Positions 35,590-45,556 of a DNA stretch of 56,299 nt are shown here, one piece after another (position 1 is the first letter of the stretch; every line of letters starts with the position of its first letter). The stretch comes from Nitrospinaceae bacterium (GTDB taxonomy: Bacteria > Nitrospinota > Nitrospinia > Nitrospinales > VA-1). The stretch is from assembly GCA_029261695.1 (NCBI GenBank), contig JAJDAV010000113.1:1-56299 (forward strand), written 5' to 3'. The position numbers and the translations under genes were made by a program. The notes under the pieces were generated by a model that was not told the origin of the DNA, searched no databases, and was given only the letters and a program-made list of their open reading frames with translations.

Positions 35590-36342
35590 TTAAGGAGAAA
35601 TTTCATCCAACAAATCCTTTCCCTCTTCCCTTAGAGAAAGAAATTTTTCATCTAGCGTATTATCTGTAAGTTGCATGAGTTTGTGAAGAGATTCTCGCGC
35701 TTCTTTGAAATTATTTTTTCCAATTAGGCCTTTTGCCAGCCCCAGGTGGTTTTCTGGGAAGTTTGGGGCTAACCGAACGGCTTCTTTTAGATGGAATATT
35801 GATTTATCCATATCTCCCCCCAAAAAGAAGGGCAATTCCATATATAAATTCCCAAGGGCGCGGTGCGGGCCGGCACGGTTGACAGTCGGATCCAGGCTCA
35901 CCGCTTTCTCCATGTCATCCCTAAAAGGATCGATGATTCCTAAACTGGCCCAAACTCCTTTGCTTTCCCCTAGTTTTCCTCGGCAAAGGCCTCGATAAAA
36001 ATAGCTGTTTGAGGATTCCGGGTGCAGTTCAATGGCACGAGAGCTAAAATGGATACATTGTTCATAATGATGAATACTTGTTTCCTCCGATATTTTTGCA
36101 AGAGCGTAATGGGTTCTGGCCTGGCGCCATTGCCACTCATAAAGGCCAGGGTTTTCTTCCAAAACTTTTTCAATTTTAGCAGCGACGCTTTTAAACTCCA
36201 ACTCCGACTCACTAATTTTATGAAGTTCATCAATTTCATTCAGTGTCGAGCTTTGGGCAAAAGCTACTGAAATATTAAGAAAGAATATCCATAAAAAAAG
36301 GATAGAAATGGGAATCAATAATTTATTGAAAATGGTGTTCAT
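35590..36342 (-). CDS. periplasmic TPR-like protein (TatT-like family, tentative)
   Basis: 250 aa with the signal peptide LLIPISILFLWIFFLNISVAFAQS, TPR-like helices, and a LPFFLGGDMDKSIFHLKEAVRLAP block reminiscent of TatT-type proteins. Confidence 0.55.
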   Translation of the reverse strand: MNTIFNKLLIPISILFLWIFFLNISVAFAQSSTLNEIDELHKISESELEFKSVAAKIEKVLEENPGLYEWQWRQARTHYALAKISEETSIHHYEQCIHFSSRAIELHPESSNSYFYRGLCRGKLGESKGVWASLGIIDPFRDDMEKAVSLDPTVNRAGPHRALGNLYMELPFFLGGDMDKSIFHLKEAVRLAPNFPENHLGLAKGLIGKNNFKEARESLHKLMQLTDNTLDEKFLSLREEGKDLLDEISP

Positions 36343-36462
36343 AACACAGGTTAGATTCCGTTATAATTATAGAACAAAGAAACAAAGATAAATTTACCGG
36401 GTAGAGCTTCTCATCGTAATACCCGCACCCAAGAAAAATATTACCTATAAAATGTACCATAA

Positions 36463-37077
36463 ATGAAAAATCCAAAAATAATTGCTTTTGCGTCACTTCT
36501 GCTGTGCTTTTTTCTAACAGGCCTGTCTTGGGCAGATTCAGAGAAAAGCAAACCGCAAGATGCTGTCAAAATTCTTTTAAACGAGATCAAGCAAATAGTT
36601 GAAGGGGATAACTTGTCGGACGCTGACATCTCAGCAAACAAAAAACATTCCGACCAAGCCTTAAGCAATTTAAAAGTGCAAGAGATCAGCGAGAAAGCTC
36701 TGGGGAAATACTGGGCCAAACATAGTGTGGAACAGCAAAATCAATTTCAGAATTTATTGGCTGATTTATTTGTGCACGTTGCTTTCCCCAGTTCGGCGAA
36801 GTTTTTTGCAAATTTGGATTTGGTGTATGGCAAAACAAAAAGTAAAAAGGATATGATGGTTGTGCCAATTACCGTTATCCATGAAAAAGAAGGCGAAGTA
36901 GACATAGATTTTAGAATGAAACCATCAGAAGAAAGGTGGTTGGTAGTTGATGTTATTCTCGATGGGGTCAGCATGCGCAATAATTTGCGAAGCCAATTTT
37001 ACAAAATTTTAAAGAAAAAAGATTTTAATCATTTGGTTCATAAGATGGAAAAAAAATTAAAAGAAGCTAAAAGCTGA
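36463..37077 (+). CDS. mlaC: MlaC/Ttg2D-family periplasmic phospholipid-binding protein
   Basis: 204 aa with a signal peptide, the ...ISEKALGKYWAKHSVEQQNQFQNLLADLF... block, and the characteristic C-terminal WLVVDVILDGVSMRNNLRSQF. Confidence 0.8.
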   Translation: MKNPKIIAFASLLLCFFLTGLSWADSEKSKPQDAVKILLNEIKQIVEGDNLSDADISANKKHSDQALSNLKVQEISEKALGKYWAKHSVEQQNQFQNLLADLFVHVAFPSSAKFFANLDLVYGKTKSKKDMMVVPITVIHEKEGEVDIDFRMKPSEERWLVVDVILDGVSMRNNLRSQFYKILKKKDFNHLVHKMEKKLKEAKS

Positions 37078-37117
37078 TTTTTTTCTATCTGAATTTATTA
37101 TATAGAAACGGAAAAAT

Positions 37118-38473
37118 ATGAAAAAAGTTGGAATGGTTAGTTTAGGTTGCCCAAAAAACACCGTTGATTCAGAGCGGGTGTTGGGAGATCTCGTGTCTTC
37201 AGGATATGACCTCACTCAGAATGAAGAAGATGCTGAAATTTTAATCGTCAACACTTGTGGATTCATTGAATCGGCAAAAAAAGAATCCATCGACACCATT
37301 CTCGAAATGGCGCGTCAGAAAACCGATGGAAAATGTAAGCAACTTATCGTTACAGGGTGCTTGGCAGAGCGTCACACTCAAGAGCTACTCGATGAAATCC
37401 CTGAAATAGATCATTTGCTGGGTGTGGGCCAATATCCTCAGCTAAAAAATATTCTCGACACAGATGATGGTTCCAACTTTGACAATCGCAACCATGTTGC
37501 AACTCCGGCTGAGTTTTATGAGTCGTACACGGATCGCTTGATGACCACGGCGTTTTATACCGCCTATGTGAAAATCTCAGAAGGTTGTTCCAACCGTTGC
37601 GCATTTTGTATTATCCCCAAAATGCGTGGTCCGATGCGTAGCCGGTCGCCAGAATCAATCTTGGCAGAAGCTGAAAACCTGGCCAAAAGAGGTGTAAAAG
37701 AATTCAATATAATTTCACAAGACACTACGATGTACGGATTCGATCTGGCTATGAAGGACGGTCTGGCCAGATTATTAAAAGACATGGCTAAGATTGATGG
37801 TGTTGAATGGATGCGACTTTTATATTGCTATCCCACTTTTCTCAATTCAAATGTGATCGACTTTATTGCTTCCGAAGAAAAAGTGTGCCGCTACATTGAT
37901 GTTCCCTTACAGCATACCCATGATGAAATGTTGAAAAGCATGAAACGCCAGGAGACCGAAGGCGGTGTTAGAAAAATGCTTGAGGAACTGCGTTTAAAAA
38001 TTCCAAAAGCCGCCTTGCGAACCACTTTTATCACTGGCTTTCCTGGAGAAACAGACGAACATTTTAAACACATGCTCCGCTTCCTTTGCGAAATGGAGTT
38101 CGACCATGTCGGTATTTTTACTTATTCCGATGAAGAAGGAACCACTGCTTTCGATTATCCCAATCGGGTTCCTGAGGAAGTAAAAGAGGAAAGAAAAAAT
38201 ATTCTGATGGAATTTCAAAAAGAAATTGCGCTACGAAAAAACCAGGAAAAAGTGGGGCAAATCCTCCCCGTTCTCGTGGAAGGGTTTGACGCACAGGAAA
38301 ATTATATTATGACGGGGCGGTTAACCTCTCAGGCTCCTGATATTGATGGGCAGGTTATTCTGGAAAAATGTGAAGCAGAACCTGGAGAAATAATTCCTGT
38401 TCGAATAACCGCGGCGGCCGATTATGACCTGGTCGCAGAACCCACCTCACAACCAGTTGAACTGGTTGAATAA
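37118..38473 (+). CDS. rimO: ribosomal protein S12 methylthiotransferase RimO
   Basis: 451 aa. MTTase N-domain Cys residues (VSLGCPKN, NTCGFI, VTGCLA), radical SAM CSNRCAFCIIP, and a C-terminal TRAM domain. Confidence 0.9.
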   Translation: MKKVGMVSLGCPKNTVDSERVLGDLVSSGYDLTQNEEDAEILIVNTCGFIESAKKESIDTILEMARQKTDGKCKQLIVTGCLAERHTQELLDEIPEIDHLLGVGQYPQLKNILDTDDGSNFDNRNHVATPAEFYESYTDRLMTTAFYTAYVKISEGCSNRCAFCIIPKMRGPMRSRSPESILAEAENLAKRGVKEFNIISQDTTMYGFDLAMKDGLARLLKDMAKIDGVEWMRLLYCYPTFLNSNVIDFIASEEKVCRYIDVPLQHTHDEMLKSMKRQETEGGVRKMLEELRLKIPKAALRTTFITGFPGETDEHFKHMLRFLCEMEFDHVGIFTYSDEEGTTAFDYPNRVPEEVKEERKNILMEFQKEIALRKNQEKVGQILPVLVEGFDAQENYIMTGRLTSQAPDIDGQVILEKCEAEPGEIIPVRITAAADYDLVAEPTSQPVELVE

Positions 38474-38481
38474 TTAAGAAC

Positions 38482-39576
38482 ATGGGACTAAAACGGATTG
38501 GCATATTAACAGGTGGAGGCGATTGTTCAGGTCTCAATGCCGTGATTCGAGCTGTCACTCGGTCAGCTATCATCGAACATGATGCAGAGGTGGTAGGTAT
38601 TGAAGATGGTTTTGAAGGGTTGATATTTGATCGCCATCGAAAGCTCACTGTAGCAGACACCAAAGAAATTCTACCTCTAGGCGGTACCATTCTTGGCACA
38701 ACCAACAAAGGGCATCCCTTTGAATATCGCGAGTTTGACAAAGAAGGCGGTGTCACCGTCAAAGATTACTCCAAACAAACGGTTGAAAACTTTAAAAACC
38801 TGAAACTCGACTGCCTTTTTGTTGTCGGTGGAGACGGCACACTGCAACTGGCTCACCGCTTTTGTGAAATGGGTCTTCCTCTAATAGGCATCCCAAAAAC
38901 AATCGATAATGATTTAGTGGGAACCGATTATACCTTTGGCTATCAAACAGCAGTGCAAGTTGCCAGCGATGCTTTAGACCGACTGCATACCACTGGGGAG
39001 AGCCACCAACGTGTGATGATTTTAGAAGTAATGGGACGTGATGCGGGTTGGATTGCACTTGAAGCCGGCCTTGCAGGCAGGGCGCACGCTATCCTGATTC
39101 CAGAAATTCCTTATAAAATGGAAAAAGTTTTAGAGAAAATTCGTTTGCGAATAGAAGGGGGAAGTCCCTTTAGCGTGATCGTGGTTGCAGAAGGCGCAAA
39201 AGAAGTTGGAAAAGAAGCCATCACTAATGAATTAGCTTCCAATCGTCTTCAAGGAGTGGCGCAACTGGGTGGAGTGGGTTATCACGTTGCACGCGAAATT
39301 GGTGAACAAATCGACCTGGAAGTAAGATGCACAGTTTTAGGTCATACCCAAAGAGGTGGAACTCCATTGGCATTCGATCGCGTTTTAGGAACCCGGCTTG
39401 GAACTGAAGCAGTGCAGGCCGCATCCGAGGGAAAGTTTGGCAACATGGTCGCCCTGCAAGCCCGCGAAATTGTTCTCGTGCCACTAAAATCCTTGGCGGG
39501 AATTGTGCGTCAAGTTCCATCCGATTCGCAATTGATTCGCACCGCAGAATCAATCGGCGTTTGCTTAGGCCGGTAG
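38482..39576 (+). CDS. pfk: 6-phosphofructokinase (phosphoryl-donor specificity ambiguous from sequence)
   Basis: 364 aa with GILTGGGDCSGLNAVIRAV, VVGGDGTL, GIPKTIDNDL, EVMGRDAGW and LGHTQRGG. Confidence 0.9.
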   Translation: MGLKRIGILTGGGDCSGLNAVIRAVTRSAIIEHDAEVVGIEDGFEGLIFDRHRKLTVADTKEILPLGGTILGTTNKGHPFEYREFDKEGGVTVKDYSKQTVENFKNLKLDCLFVVGGDGTLQLAHRFCEMGLPLIGIPKTIDNDLVGTDYTFGYQTAVQVASDALDRLHTTGESHQRVMILEVMGRDAGWIALEAGLAGRAHAILIPEIPYKMEKVLEKIRLRIEGGSPFSVIVVAEGAKEVGKEAITNELASNRLQGVAQLGGVGYHVAREIGEQIDLEVRCTVLGHTQRGGTPLAFDRVLGTRLGTEAVQAASEGKFGNMVALQAREIVLVPLKSLAGIVRQVPSDSQLIRTAESIGVCLGR

Positions 39577-39629
39577 CCAGCGTGACGCTGGACTCTGAAG
39601 GTCAATACTTGTAAAACAAACGAGCACCG

Positions 39630-40667
39630 TCAAGCCTTTTGCTGTGACTCGTCCTTGCTCCCCCCCACGGGAGTGGGTTTTTGGCCTTGTTCCGTTGCTT
39701 GATAAATGGCTAGAAATTTTTTCCAGACTTCCTCAACACTAGTATTTCCATCCAAATAACTCACCACCGGAAAAAAAGTTTTATCCAGTTTAAAAGGGCC
39801 GACCAAATCGGGGCGGCCATTCCCTACATGCTGAAAAATCCCTATTGTAGGCGTGTTGACCGCATAGCCGATATGCATGGGGCCAGTATTGTTTGACACT
39901 AAAATGCTGGCCTGGCTCAACAGATAGGCATAATTGATGATGGTCATATCAAAAGCAAAAAATATTCTTTCGCTATCCGGAAGGTTGAGCGCTTTTAATA
40001 TTTCCAACTCTTTTTTATTGCCACCAAAAACAATATTCAAAGAAGTTTCTTTCAATATTAAGTTTGCCAGATCAAAAAAATTCTTTGACTCCCAAAGTCG
40101 ATCCACTGAGCTGGCGCCTATATGGCAAACCACGAAAGGTTTTTTCAATCCGGTCTTATCCGAGTAATCATGAAATGCCTTTTTTTCGCAATCACCAAAA
40201 AATAATTCCATTTGAGATTGTTCAAGCTCAACGTTTATTTCTTTAAGCATTAGCGCCCTACGTTCGATGGCGTGGAAGTTCGAAACCTCCTGAGGTTTTT
40301 TTTCCGGTTTGACATTAAATTCTGATGAGCACCATTTATGCCCTTGGTGGTTCCAGATGGGCGATGATTTTAGAAAAGTTTTCATTCTGCCAAAATCTGT
40401 GTTGGCGTGAAAAATAAAAATGTGATCGTATTTTGGCCTGAGAAGGAGTTTTATTCCCAATAGAAGCTGCGCATACCATCTGTTTTGATAAGGATAAATT
40501 TTTTGCAGGTGGGGGTTGTCTTTAAAAAGATCACTCCAGGCATTATTTACAATTAAATCGATTTGAGCATCGGGAAATGCTTTTTTCAATTCCCGTAGCC
40601 CTGGAGTTCCCCACAGGCAATCCCCCATCCCTGTTGTTGAGACCACTAAAAATTTTTGAACGGTCAT
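39630..40667 (-). CDS. glycosyltransferase family 9 (LPS heptosyltransferase-like)
   Basis: 345 aa with the N-terminus LVVSTTGMGDCLWGTPGLRELKKAFP and the C-terminal block LVSNNTGPMHIGYAVNTPTIGIF, typical of GT9. Confidence 0.8.
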   Translation of the reverse strand: MTVQKFLVVSTTGMGDCLWGTPGLRELKKAFPDAQIDLIVNNAWSDLFKDNPHLQKIYPYQNRWYAQLLLGIKLLLRPKYDHIFIFHANTDFGRMKTFLKSSPIWNHQGHKWCSSEFNVKPEKKPQEVSNFHAIERRALMLKEINVELEQSQMELFFGDCEKKAFHDYSDKTGLKKPFVVCHIGASSVDRLWESKNFFDLANLILKETSLNIVFGGNKKELEILKALNLPDSERIFFAFDMTIINYAYLLSQASILVSNNTGPMHIGYAVNTPTIGIFQHVGNGRPDLVGPFKLDKTFFPVVSYLDGNTSVEEVWKKFLAIYQATEQGQKPTPVGGSKDESQQKA

Positions 40668-41014
40668 AAAAGTTAAAAATAAGAGAAAAAAGGGTAATAA
40701 CTATTAATCGGAACCAAAGGTAGCAGATTTGGCAACTTAAAAAAAGCGAGTGTCCGCCCACCCATTCGTAGACAGCACCCGTTATTGGGCTGAAATTTAA
40801 GGAAAAACCTGCATTTTCGCTCAAATTTAGACGGTTCCATATTGTCTCCACAGCTTGAATATGTTAGTCTAAGCCACAATTTGGCTTCCTTTTGGGAAGA
40901 ATTCCAGAAAATTAAATCACGCACGTTTCCGGATCAAATCAGGGGTGGCCTGCGGGTTCCTGATGCGAGTCGATGGAGGCGGTGGTATAACCCATTCAAT
41001 ATTAAGGAGATAGA

Positions 41015-41812
41015 ATGTCTGAAATCACTATGAAAAGCTTACTTGAATCCGGTGTTCACTTTGGCCACCAAACCAACCGGTGGAACCCCAAAATGAAACC
41101 TTATATATACGGGGCACGTAGCGGAATTTATATCATCGATCTACAAAAAACCCTGACAGGTTTTCAAGCGGCAGAAAAATACATTAGAGAAAGTGCCCGT
41201 GCCGGTAAGAAAATACTATTTGTTGCTACAAAAAAACAAGCACAAGAATTGATCGCTGAAGAAGCAAGCCGATGCGGAATGCACTATATCAACCAAAGAT
41301 GGTTAGGTGGAACTCTTACCAATTTCGCTACAATTCGAAAAAGTATCGCTCGTCTTTTAGAATTAGAAAAAATGGACGAGGAAAACCAGTTTGATCGCTT
41401 GCATAAAAAAGAAGCTCTGGATTTGCGCAAAGAAATCGTAAAGCTGAATAAATTTTTCGGCGGAATCAAAACAATGAAAGATTTACCAGACGTTTTATTT
41501 ATTGTTGATACCCGTAAAGAAAAAATTGCACTGGCAGAAGGAAGAAAACTGGGAATTAAAATCGTAGCTATGGTCGATACAAATTCCGACCCAGATGGCA
41601 TTGACTTCCCCATTCCAGCAAATGATGACGCAATGCGGTCTATTAAGCTGTTTGCTCACAGAATCGCCGATGTTTACCTGGAAGGCCAGGAAATGAAAAA
41701 GGCCAGTCAGGAAAAAGATGCGGCTGATAAAAAGCCAAGCCCCGGTAAAAAAGAGGAAACACCCTCGGTTCCTGATGATAAGGGCAAAAGCGAAACTGTA
41801 GTGCCTGCCTGA
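41015..41812 (+). CDS. rpsB: 30S ribosomal protein S2
   Basis: Motifs: [22 protein letters not shown] and [30 protein letters not shown] lies upstream. Confidence 0.95.
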   Translation: MSEITMKSLLESGVHFGHQTNRWNPKMKPYIYGARSGIYIIDLQKTLTGFQAAEKYIRESARAGKKILFVATKKQAQELIAEEASRCGMHYINQRWLGGTLTNFATIRKSIARLLELEKMDEENQFDRLHKKEALDLRKEIVKLNKFFGGIKTMKDLPDVLFIVDTRKEKIALAEGRKLGIKIVAMVDTNSDPDGIDFPIPANDDAMRSIKLFAHRIADVYLEGQEMKKASQEKDAADKKPSPGKKEETPSVPDDKGKSETVVPA

Positions 41813-41849
41813 TCTGAATTAAATCCGGGTTTAAAAGCCCAGGCTGGAA

Positions 41850-41881
41850 TTGTTTCCGCAGAGGTTTGCTCTGCGAAACAA
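41850..41881 (+). terminator. strong hairpin in the rpsB-tsf spacer (possible attenuator or processing site)
   Basis: TTGTTTCCGCAGAG (41850-41863) pairs with CTCTGCGAAACAA (41869-41881): 13 bp with one bulged C and loop GTTTG. No U-tract follows, so termination is not assured. Confidence 0.35.
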
Positions 41882-41975
41882 CCAACCGAAGTAACTCAAA
41901 ATAAATTTACAGACAAAGCAATTTGTCATGTTCTATTAATTTTACGATTAACTTTTTTTGTAAGGATGTTTAGGA

Positions 41976-42563
41976 ATGGAAATAACTGCTGCGATGGTTA
42001 AGGACCTGCGCTCTCAATCTGGCGCGGGAATAATGGAATGCAAGTCTGCATTAAAAGAAACGGACGGAGATGTAGAAGCTGCTATCACCTTTCTGCGTAA
42101 AAAAGGGTTGGCAAAAGCAGATAAAAAATCTGATCGACAAACGGGTGATGGTTCAATAGGCACCTATATCCACGCTGGCAACAAACTGGGTGTAATGGTG
42201 GTACTGAATTGTGAAACAGATTTCGTCGCAAACACTCCAGACTTTCAAGAGTTGGTTCGTGATGTCGCAATGCATATTGCAGCTGCCAAACCTCGATTTG
42301 CAACACGAGATGAAGTAACACAGGAAATTCTGGACAAAGAAAAAGAAATTGCTGCACATCAGGCCAAAGAATCTGGCAAACCCGAAAATATTATTGAAAA
42401 AATTGTTTCCGGGAAAATGGAAAAGTTTTACGAAGAAAACTGCGTGTTGGAGCAACCCTATATAAAAGATACCAATATTACAGTTGATGAGCTGATCAAA
42501 CAAAAAATTGCTCTGCTGGGTGAAAACATCAATATCGGTAAATTTGCAAGGTTTGAAGTTTAA
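41976..42563 (+). CDS. tsf: translation elongation factor Ts (short form)
   Basis: 195 aa with [25 protein letters not shown] (UBA-like N-terminus) and [13 protein letters not shown]. Confidence 0.93.
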   Translation: MEITAAMVKDLRSQSGAGIMECKSALKETDGDVEAAITFLRKKGLAKADKKSDRQTGDGSIGTYIHAGNKLGVMVVLNCETDFVANTPDFQELVRDVAMHIAAAKPRFATRDEVTQEILDKEKEIAAHQAKESGKPENIIEKIVSGKMEKFYEENCVLEQPYIKDTNITVDELIKQKIALLGENINIGKFARFEV

Positions 42564-43282
42564 TGTCAGAAGCCATTTATAAAAGAGTACTGTTAAAATT
42601 AGGCGGCGAAAGCCTGGTTGAAGAAGAAGGAGATTTCGGCCTTCACGAAGACGCCCTAAAAAATATTACTGAAGAAATCAGGGCAGCAAAAGATCTTGGA
42701 GTGGAAATTGCCATTGTCATTGGCGGAGGCAATATTCTTCGAGGTGCTTCGTTAAGCGCAATTGGTATCGAGCGAACTACCGGCGACTATATGGGTATGT
42801 TGGCGACTGTTATTAATGCATTAGCTCTTCAGGCTGCATTGGAGCAAGCAGGCATACCTACTCGCGTTCAAACCGCAATCGAAATCCAGGCAGTAGCTGA
42901 AGCCTATGTTCGTCGAAGGGCTGTCCGTCACCTAGAAAAAGGTCGTGTCGTTATTTTTGCAGGTGGAACTGGGAATCCCTATTTCACCACCGATACCGCA
43001 GCCTCGTTAAGAGCTATGGAAATTGGGGCGGAGGTTATTTTTAAGGCCACAAAAGTAGACGGAATTTATAGTTCTGATCCCAGAATTGACAAGGATGCCG
43101 TCAAATTTGAGGAACTAAGTTACATTGATGTGCTAAACAAAGGACTGAAGGTGATGGACTCAACCTCAGTATCCCTTTGCATGGATAACAAGTTACCTAT
43201 GGTAATATTTAATTTTCGCCAGACGCATAGCATCAAAAGAGCTTTATTAGGCGAAAAAATTGGAACAACTGTGGGGGCCTAA
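42563..43282 (+). CDS. pyrH: UMP kinase
   Basis: Motifs: [36 protein letters not shown]. The start overlaps the tsf stop (TAATG). Confidence 0.93.
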   Translation: MSEAIYKRVLLKLGGESLVEEEGDFGLHEDALKNITEEIRAAKDLGVEIAIVIGGGNILRGASLSAIGIERTTGDYMGMLATVINALALQAALEQAGIPTRVQTAIEIQAVAEAYVRRRAVRHLEKGRVVIFAGGTGNPYFTTDTAASLRAMEIGAEVIFKATKVDGIYSSDPRIDKDAVKFEELSYIDVLNKGLKVMDSTSVSLCMDNKLPMVIFNFRQTHSIKRALLGEKIGTTVGA

Positions 43283-43285
43283 AAG

Positions 43286-43843
43286 ATGCCAAAAGAAATA
43301 ATTCAAGACGCAGAGCAAAAAATGAAAAGCTCGATCGAACATTTACTTCACGAGCTGGGAAAATTAAGGACAGGACAAGCATCGGTGGCACTGCTCGATG
43401 ACCTGATGGTGGATTATTATGGTAACCCTACACCATTAAATCAGGTTGCAACTTTGGGCGCACCCGACAACCAGACATTAACAGTACAACCTTGGGAAGC
43501 ATCCATTTTGAAAGATGTTGAAAAAGCCATTCAAGCTTCCGACTTGGGCTTGACTCCTAATAATGATGGCAAAGTAATTCGATTGACCATTCCACCACTC
43601 ACGAGTGAAAGAAGGCAGCAACTGGTGAAACTGGTCAAAAAACAATCGGAAGAATGTAAAGTGTCTATCCGAAATGTCAGAAGGGATATCAACGAAAAGC
43701 TTAAGCAATCTGAAAAAAATCATGATATCTCTGAGGATGAAGGCCGCAAAGGACACGACGAAACTCAAAAAATTACTGACAAATTTGTAGCGGAAGTAGA
43801 TAAAATAATTCAGACAAAAGAGAAAGCCATTCTCGAAGTTTAG
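43286..43843 (+). CDS. frr: ribosome recycling factor
   Basis: 185 aa with LRTGQASVALLD, PLTSERRQQLVK and IRNVRRD, typical of Frr. Confidence 0.93.
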   Translation: MPKEIIQDAEQKMKSSIEHLLHELGKLRTGQASVALLDDLMVDYYGNPTPLNQVATLGAPDNQTLTVQPWEASILKDVEKAIQASDLGLTPNNDGKVIRLTIPPLTSERRQQLVKLVKKQSEECKVSIRNVRRDINEKLKQSEKNHDISEDEGRKGHDETQKITDKFVAEVDKIIQTKEKAILEV

Positions 43844-43912
43844 CTTCTTATCTATCATATTTTTGATGGTAAGTTTTTGCCGTTGCCCGGTTGCTTATCA
43901 GGAGTTTTCTTC

Positions 43913-44668
43913 TTGGTCGAATCAAAGTTAAAGGAAAAAATCGACCCGCATCGATTGCCCAGGCATATTGCCGTTATTATGGATGGTAATGGCCGATGGG
44001 CGCAAAAGCATTCCCTTCCCCGAGTCGAAGGCCATTGGGCCGGCGTCAAAGTTGTGGACCGAATTGTTACCCTCGGCCGAAAACTGAACCTGGAAGCTCT
44101 GACCCTGTATTCTTTCTCCGATGAAAATTGGAACCGCCCCTCTGCCGAAATCGGCACATTAATGAAAATTCTGGACTATTATCTCAAAAAAGAATTGAAC
44201 CGAATGAAGGAAGAAAATATTCAGTTCAACACCATTGGGCATATTGAAGATTTGCCAGCCCCTATACAAAAGCTGATCCAATACTCCATTGAAGAAACGA
44301 AAAATAACACTGGCATGATTCTCACTCTGGCATTGAGCTATGGGGGGAGGCAGGAAATTATAGATGCTGTAAAAAAAGTGGCCGAGATGGTAAAAGAGGG
44401 AAAAGTTTTAGCTGAAGATATTGACTCGCCGCTATTCGAATCTTTTCTTTCGACCCATCCCATTCCTGACCCTGATCTATTAATAAGAACCAGTGGAGAA
44501 AGAAGAATTAGTAATTTTCTTTTATATCAAAGCGCCTATACAGAATTGCATTATAATAATGTTTTGTGGCCAGACTTTACTGAAGATGATTTTTTAAATG
44601 CAATCATTGACTATCAAAGTCGAGAACGCCGGTTTGGATTGACCCAGGAACAAATTGCAAAGGCCTGA
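43913..44668 (+). CDS. uppS: di-trans,poly-cis-undecaprenyl-diphosphate synthase
   Basis: Motifs: HIAVIMDGNGRWA, TLYSFSDENWNRP, LIRTSGERRISNFLLYQSAYTEL. I place the start at TTG 43913, 8 nt after AGGAG (43900-43904). The track ORF starts at TTG 43877. Confidence 0.9.
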   Translation: MVESKLKEKIDPHRLPRHIAVIMDGNGRWAQKHSLPRVEGHWAGVKVVDRIVTLGRKLNLEALTLYSFSDENWNRPSAEIGTLMKILDYYLKKELNRMKEENIQFNTIGHIEDLPAPIQKLIQYSIEETKNNTGMILTLALSYGGRQEIIDAVKKVAEMVKEGKVLAEDIDSPLFESFLSTHPIPDPDLLIRTSGERRISNFLLYQSAYTELHYNNVLWPDFTEDDFLNAIIDYQSRERRFGLTQEQIAKA

Positions 44669-44756
44669 GTAAAATTTTTAATAATCATAAATGTAATTTC
44701 ATTTTCCCCTCTTTAATTCCACTTTAATAAATTTTAAATCCGTCTAGGAGACAACT

Positions 44757-45551
44757 TTGGAACGAGTTATCAGTGGGATCATAGCAATTCCCATAGTGCT
44801 TGGAATTATTCTATATGGGCACCCTTTGTTATATTTTATTTTGATCGCATCTCTGGTTCTGGTTGCTACTCACGAATACTTTTCTATGACAGCGAATGCC
44901 GGGATTAGCGGATTTCCTATTGAAGGTTTGGTTCTAAGTTTTCTACTGCTTGCTGCATATTTTTTTGCGCCACATTATTTACCAGTTTTCGCTGTCATAA
45001 TTCCTGTCACATTATTTTTGGTTTGGTGCTTTAGAGAATCAAATGTACGTTTTGCTCTCGACTCAATTGGCTACACTCTCTTCGGCATTCTCTATACGGC
45101 TGGGCTGGGAGGCTACTTTCTGTTAATTGCAAATCTGGAAGGTGGTCGGGAAATGGTGGTGTTTATTTTGTTGTTTATCTGGTTAGGCGATACCCTGGCT
45201 TATTATGGCGGCCGTAAATTTGGAGAACGCAGGTTACTTGAAGTTGTTAGCCCAAATAAAACAATTGCTGGAGCGGTATCCAATGTTTTCGGAACGTTGC
45301 TGGCGGCCTTGTTGGCCGGCAACCTGTTCTTCAATGAGGTACCTCTAATCCATTGTTTGATTGTGGCTTTTATTTGCGGTATCATCGGACAGTTTGGGGA
45401 TTTAGCAGAATCGTTGATAAAAAGAAATTGTCGCGTTAAAGATTCTGGAACCCTGATTCCAGGGCATGGAGGGGTATTAGATCGTATTGATAGCCTTCTG
45501 TTTGCTGGCCCAGCCTTTTATTGTTACTACAAGTTTATTCTGGCAGTTTAA
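44757..45551 (+). CDS. cdsA: phosphatidate cytidylyltransferase
   Basis: 264-aa polytopic protein with the signature SLIKRNCRVKDSGTLIPGHGGVLDRIDS. The TTG start is preceded by AGGAGA. Confidence 0.9.
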   Translation: MERVISGIIAIPIVLGIILYGHPLLYFILIASLVLVATHEYFSMTANAGISGFPIEGLVLSFLLLAAYFFAPHYLPVFAVIIPVTLFLVWCFRESNVRFALDSIGYTLFGILYTAGLGGYFLLIANLEGGREMVVFILLFIWLGDTLAYYGGRKFGERRLLEVVSPNKTIAGAVSNVFGTLLAALLAGNLFFNEVPLIHCLIVAFICGIIGQFGDLAESLIKRNCRVKDSGTLIPGHGGVLDRIDSLLFAGPAFYCYYKFILAV

Positions 45552-45556
45552 TAAAT

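Noticed and set aside
40543-41014. Minus-strand ORFs 40543..40851 and 40673..40924, plus-strand ORF 40842..41033, and the possibility of a structured ncRNA or rpsB leader in the 347-nt GT9/rpsB spacer
   Set aside because: The ORFs lack SD sequences and domain signatures. I found only short local hairpins (for example ATCAGG...CCTGAT around 40950-40975, and CTTCC-TTTTG-GGAAG) and could not match any RNA family from memory. A covariance-model scan would be needed.
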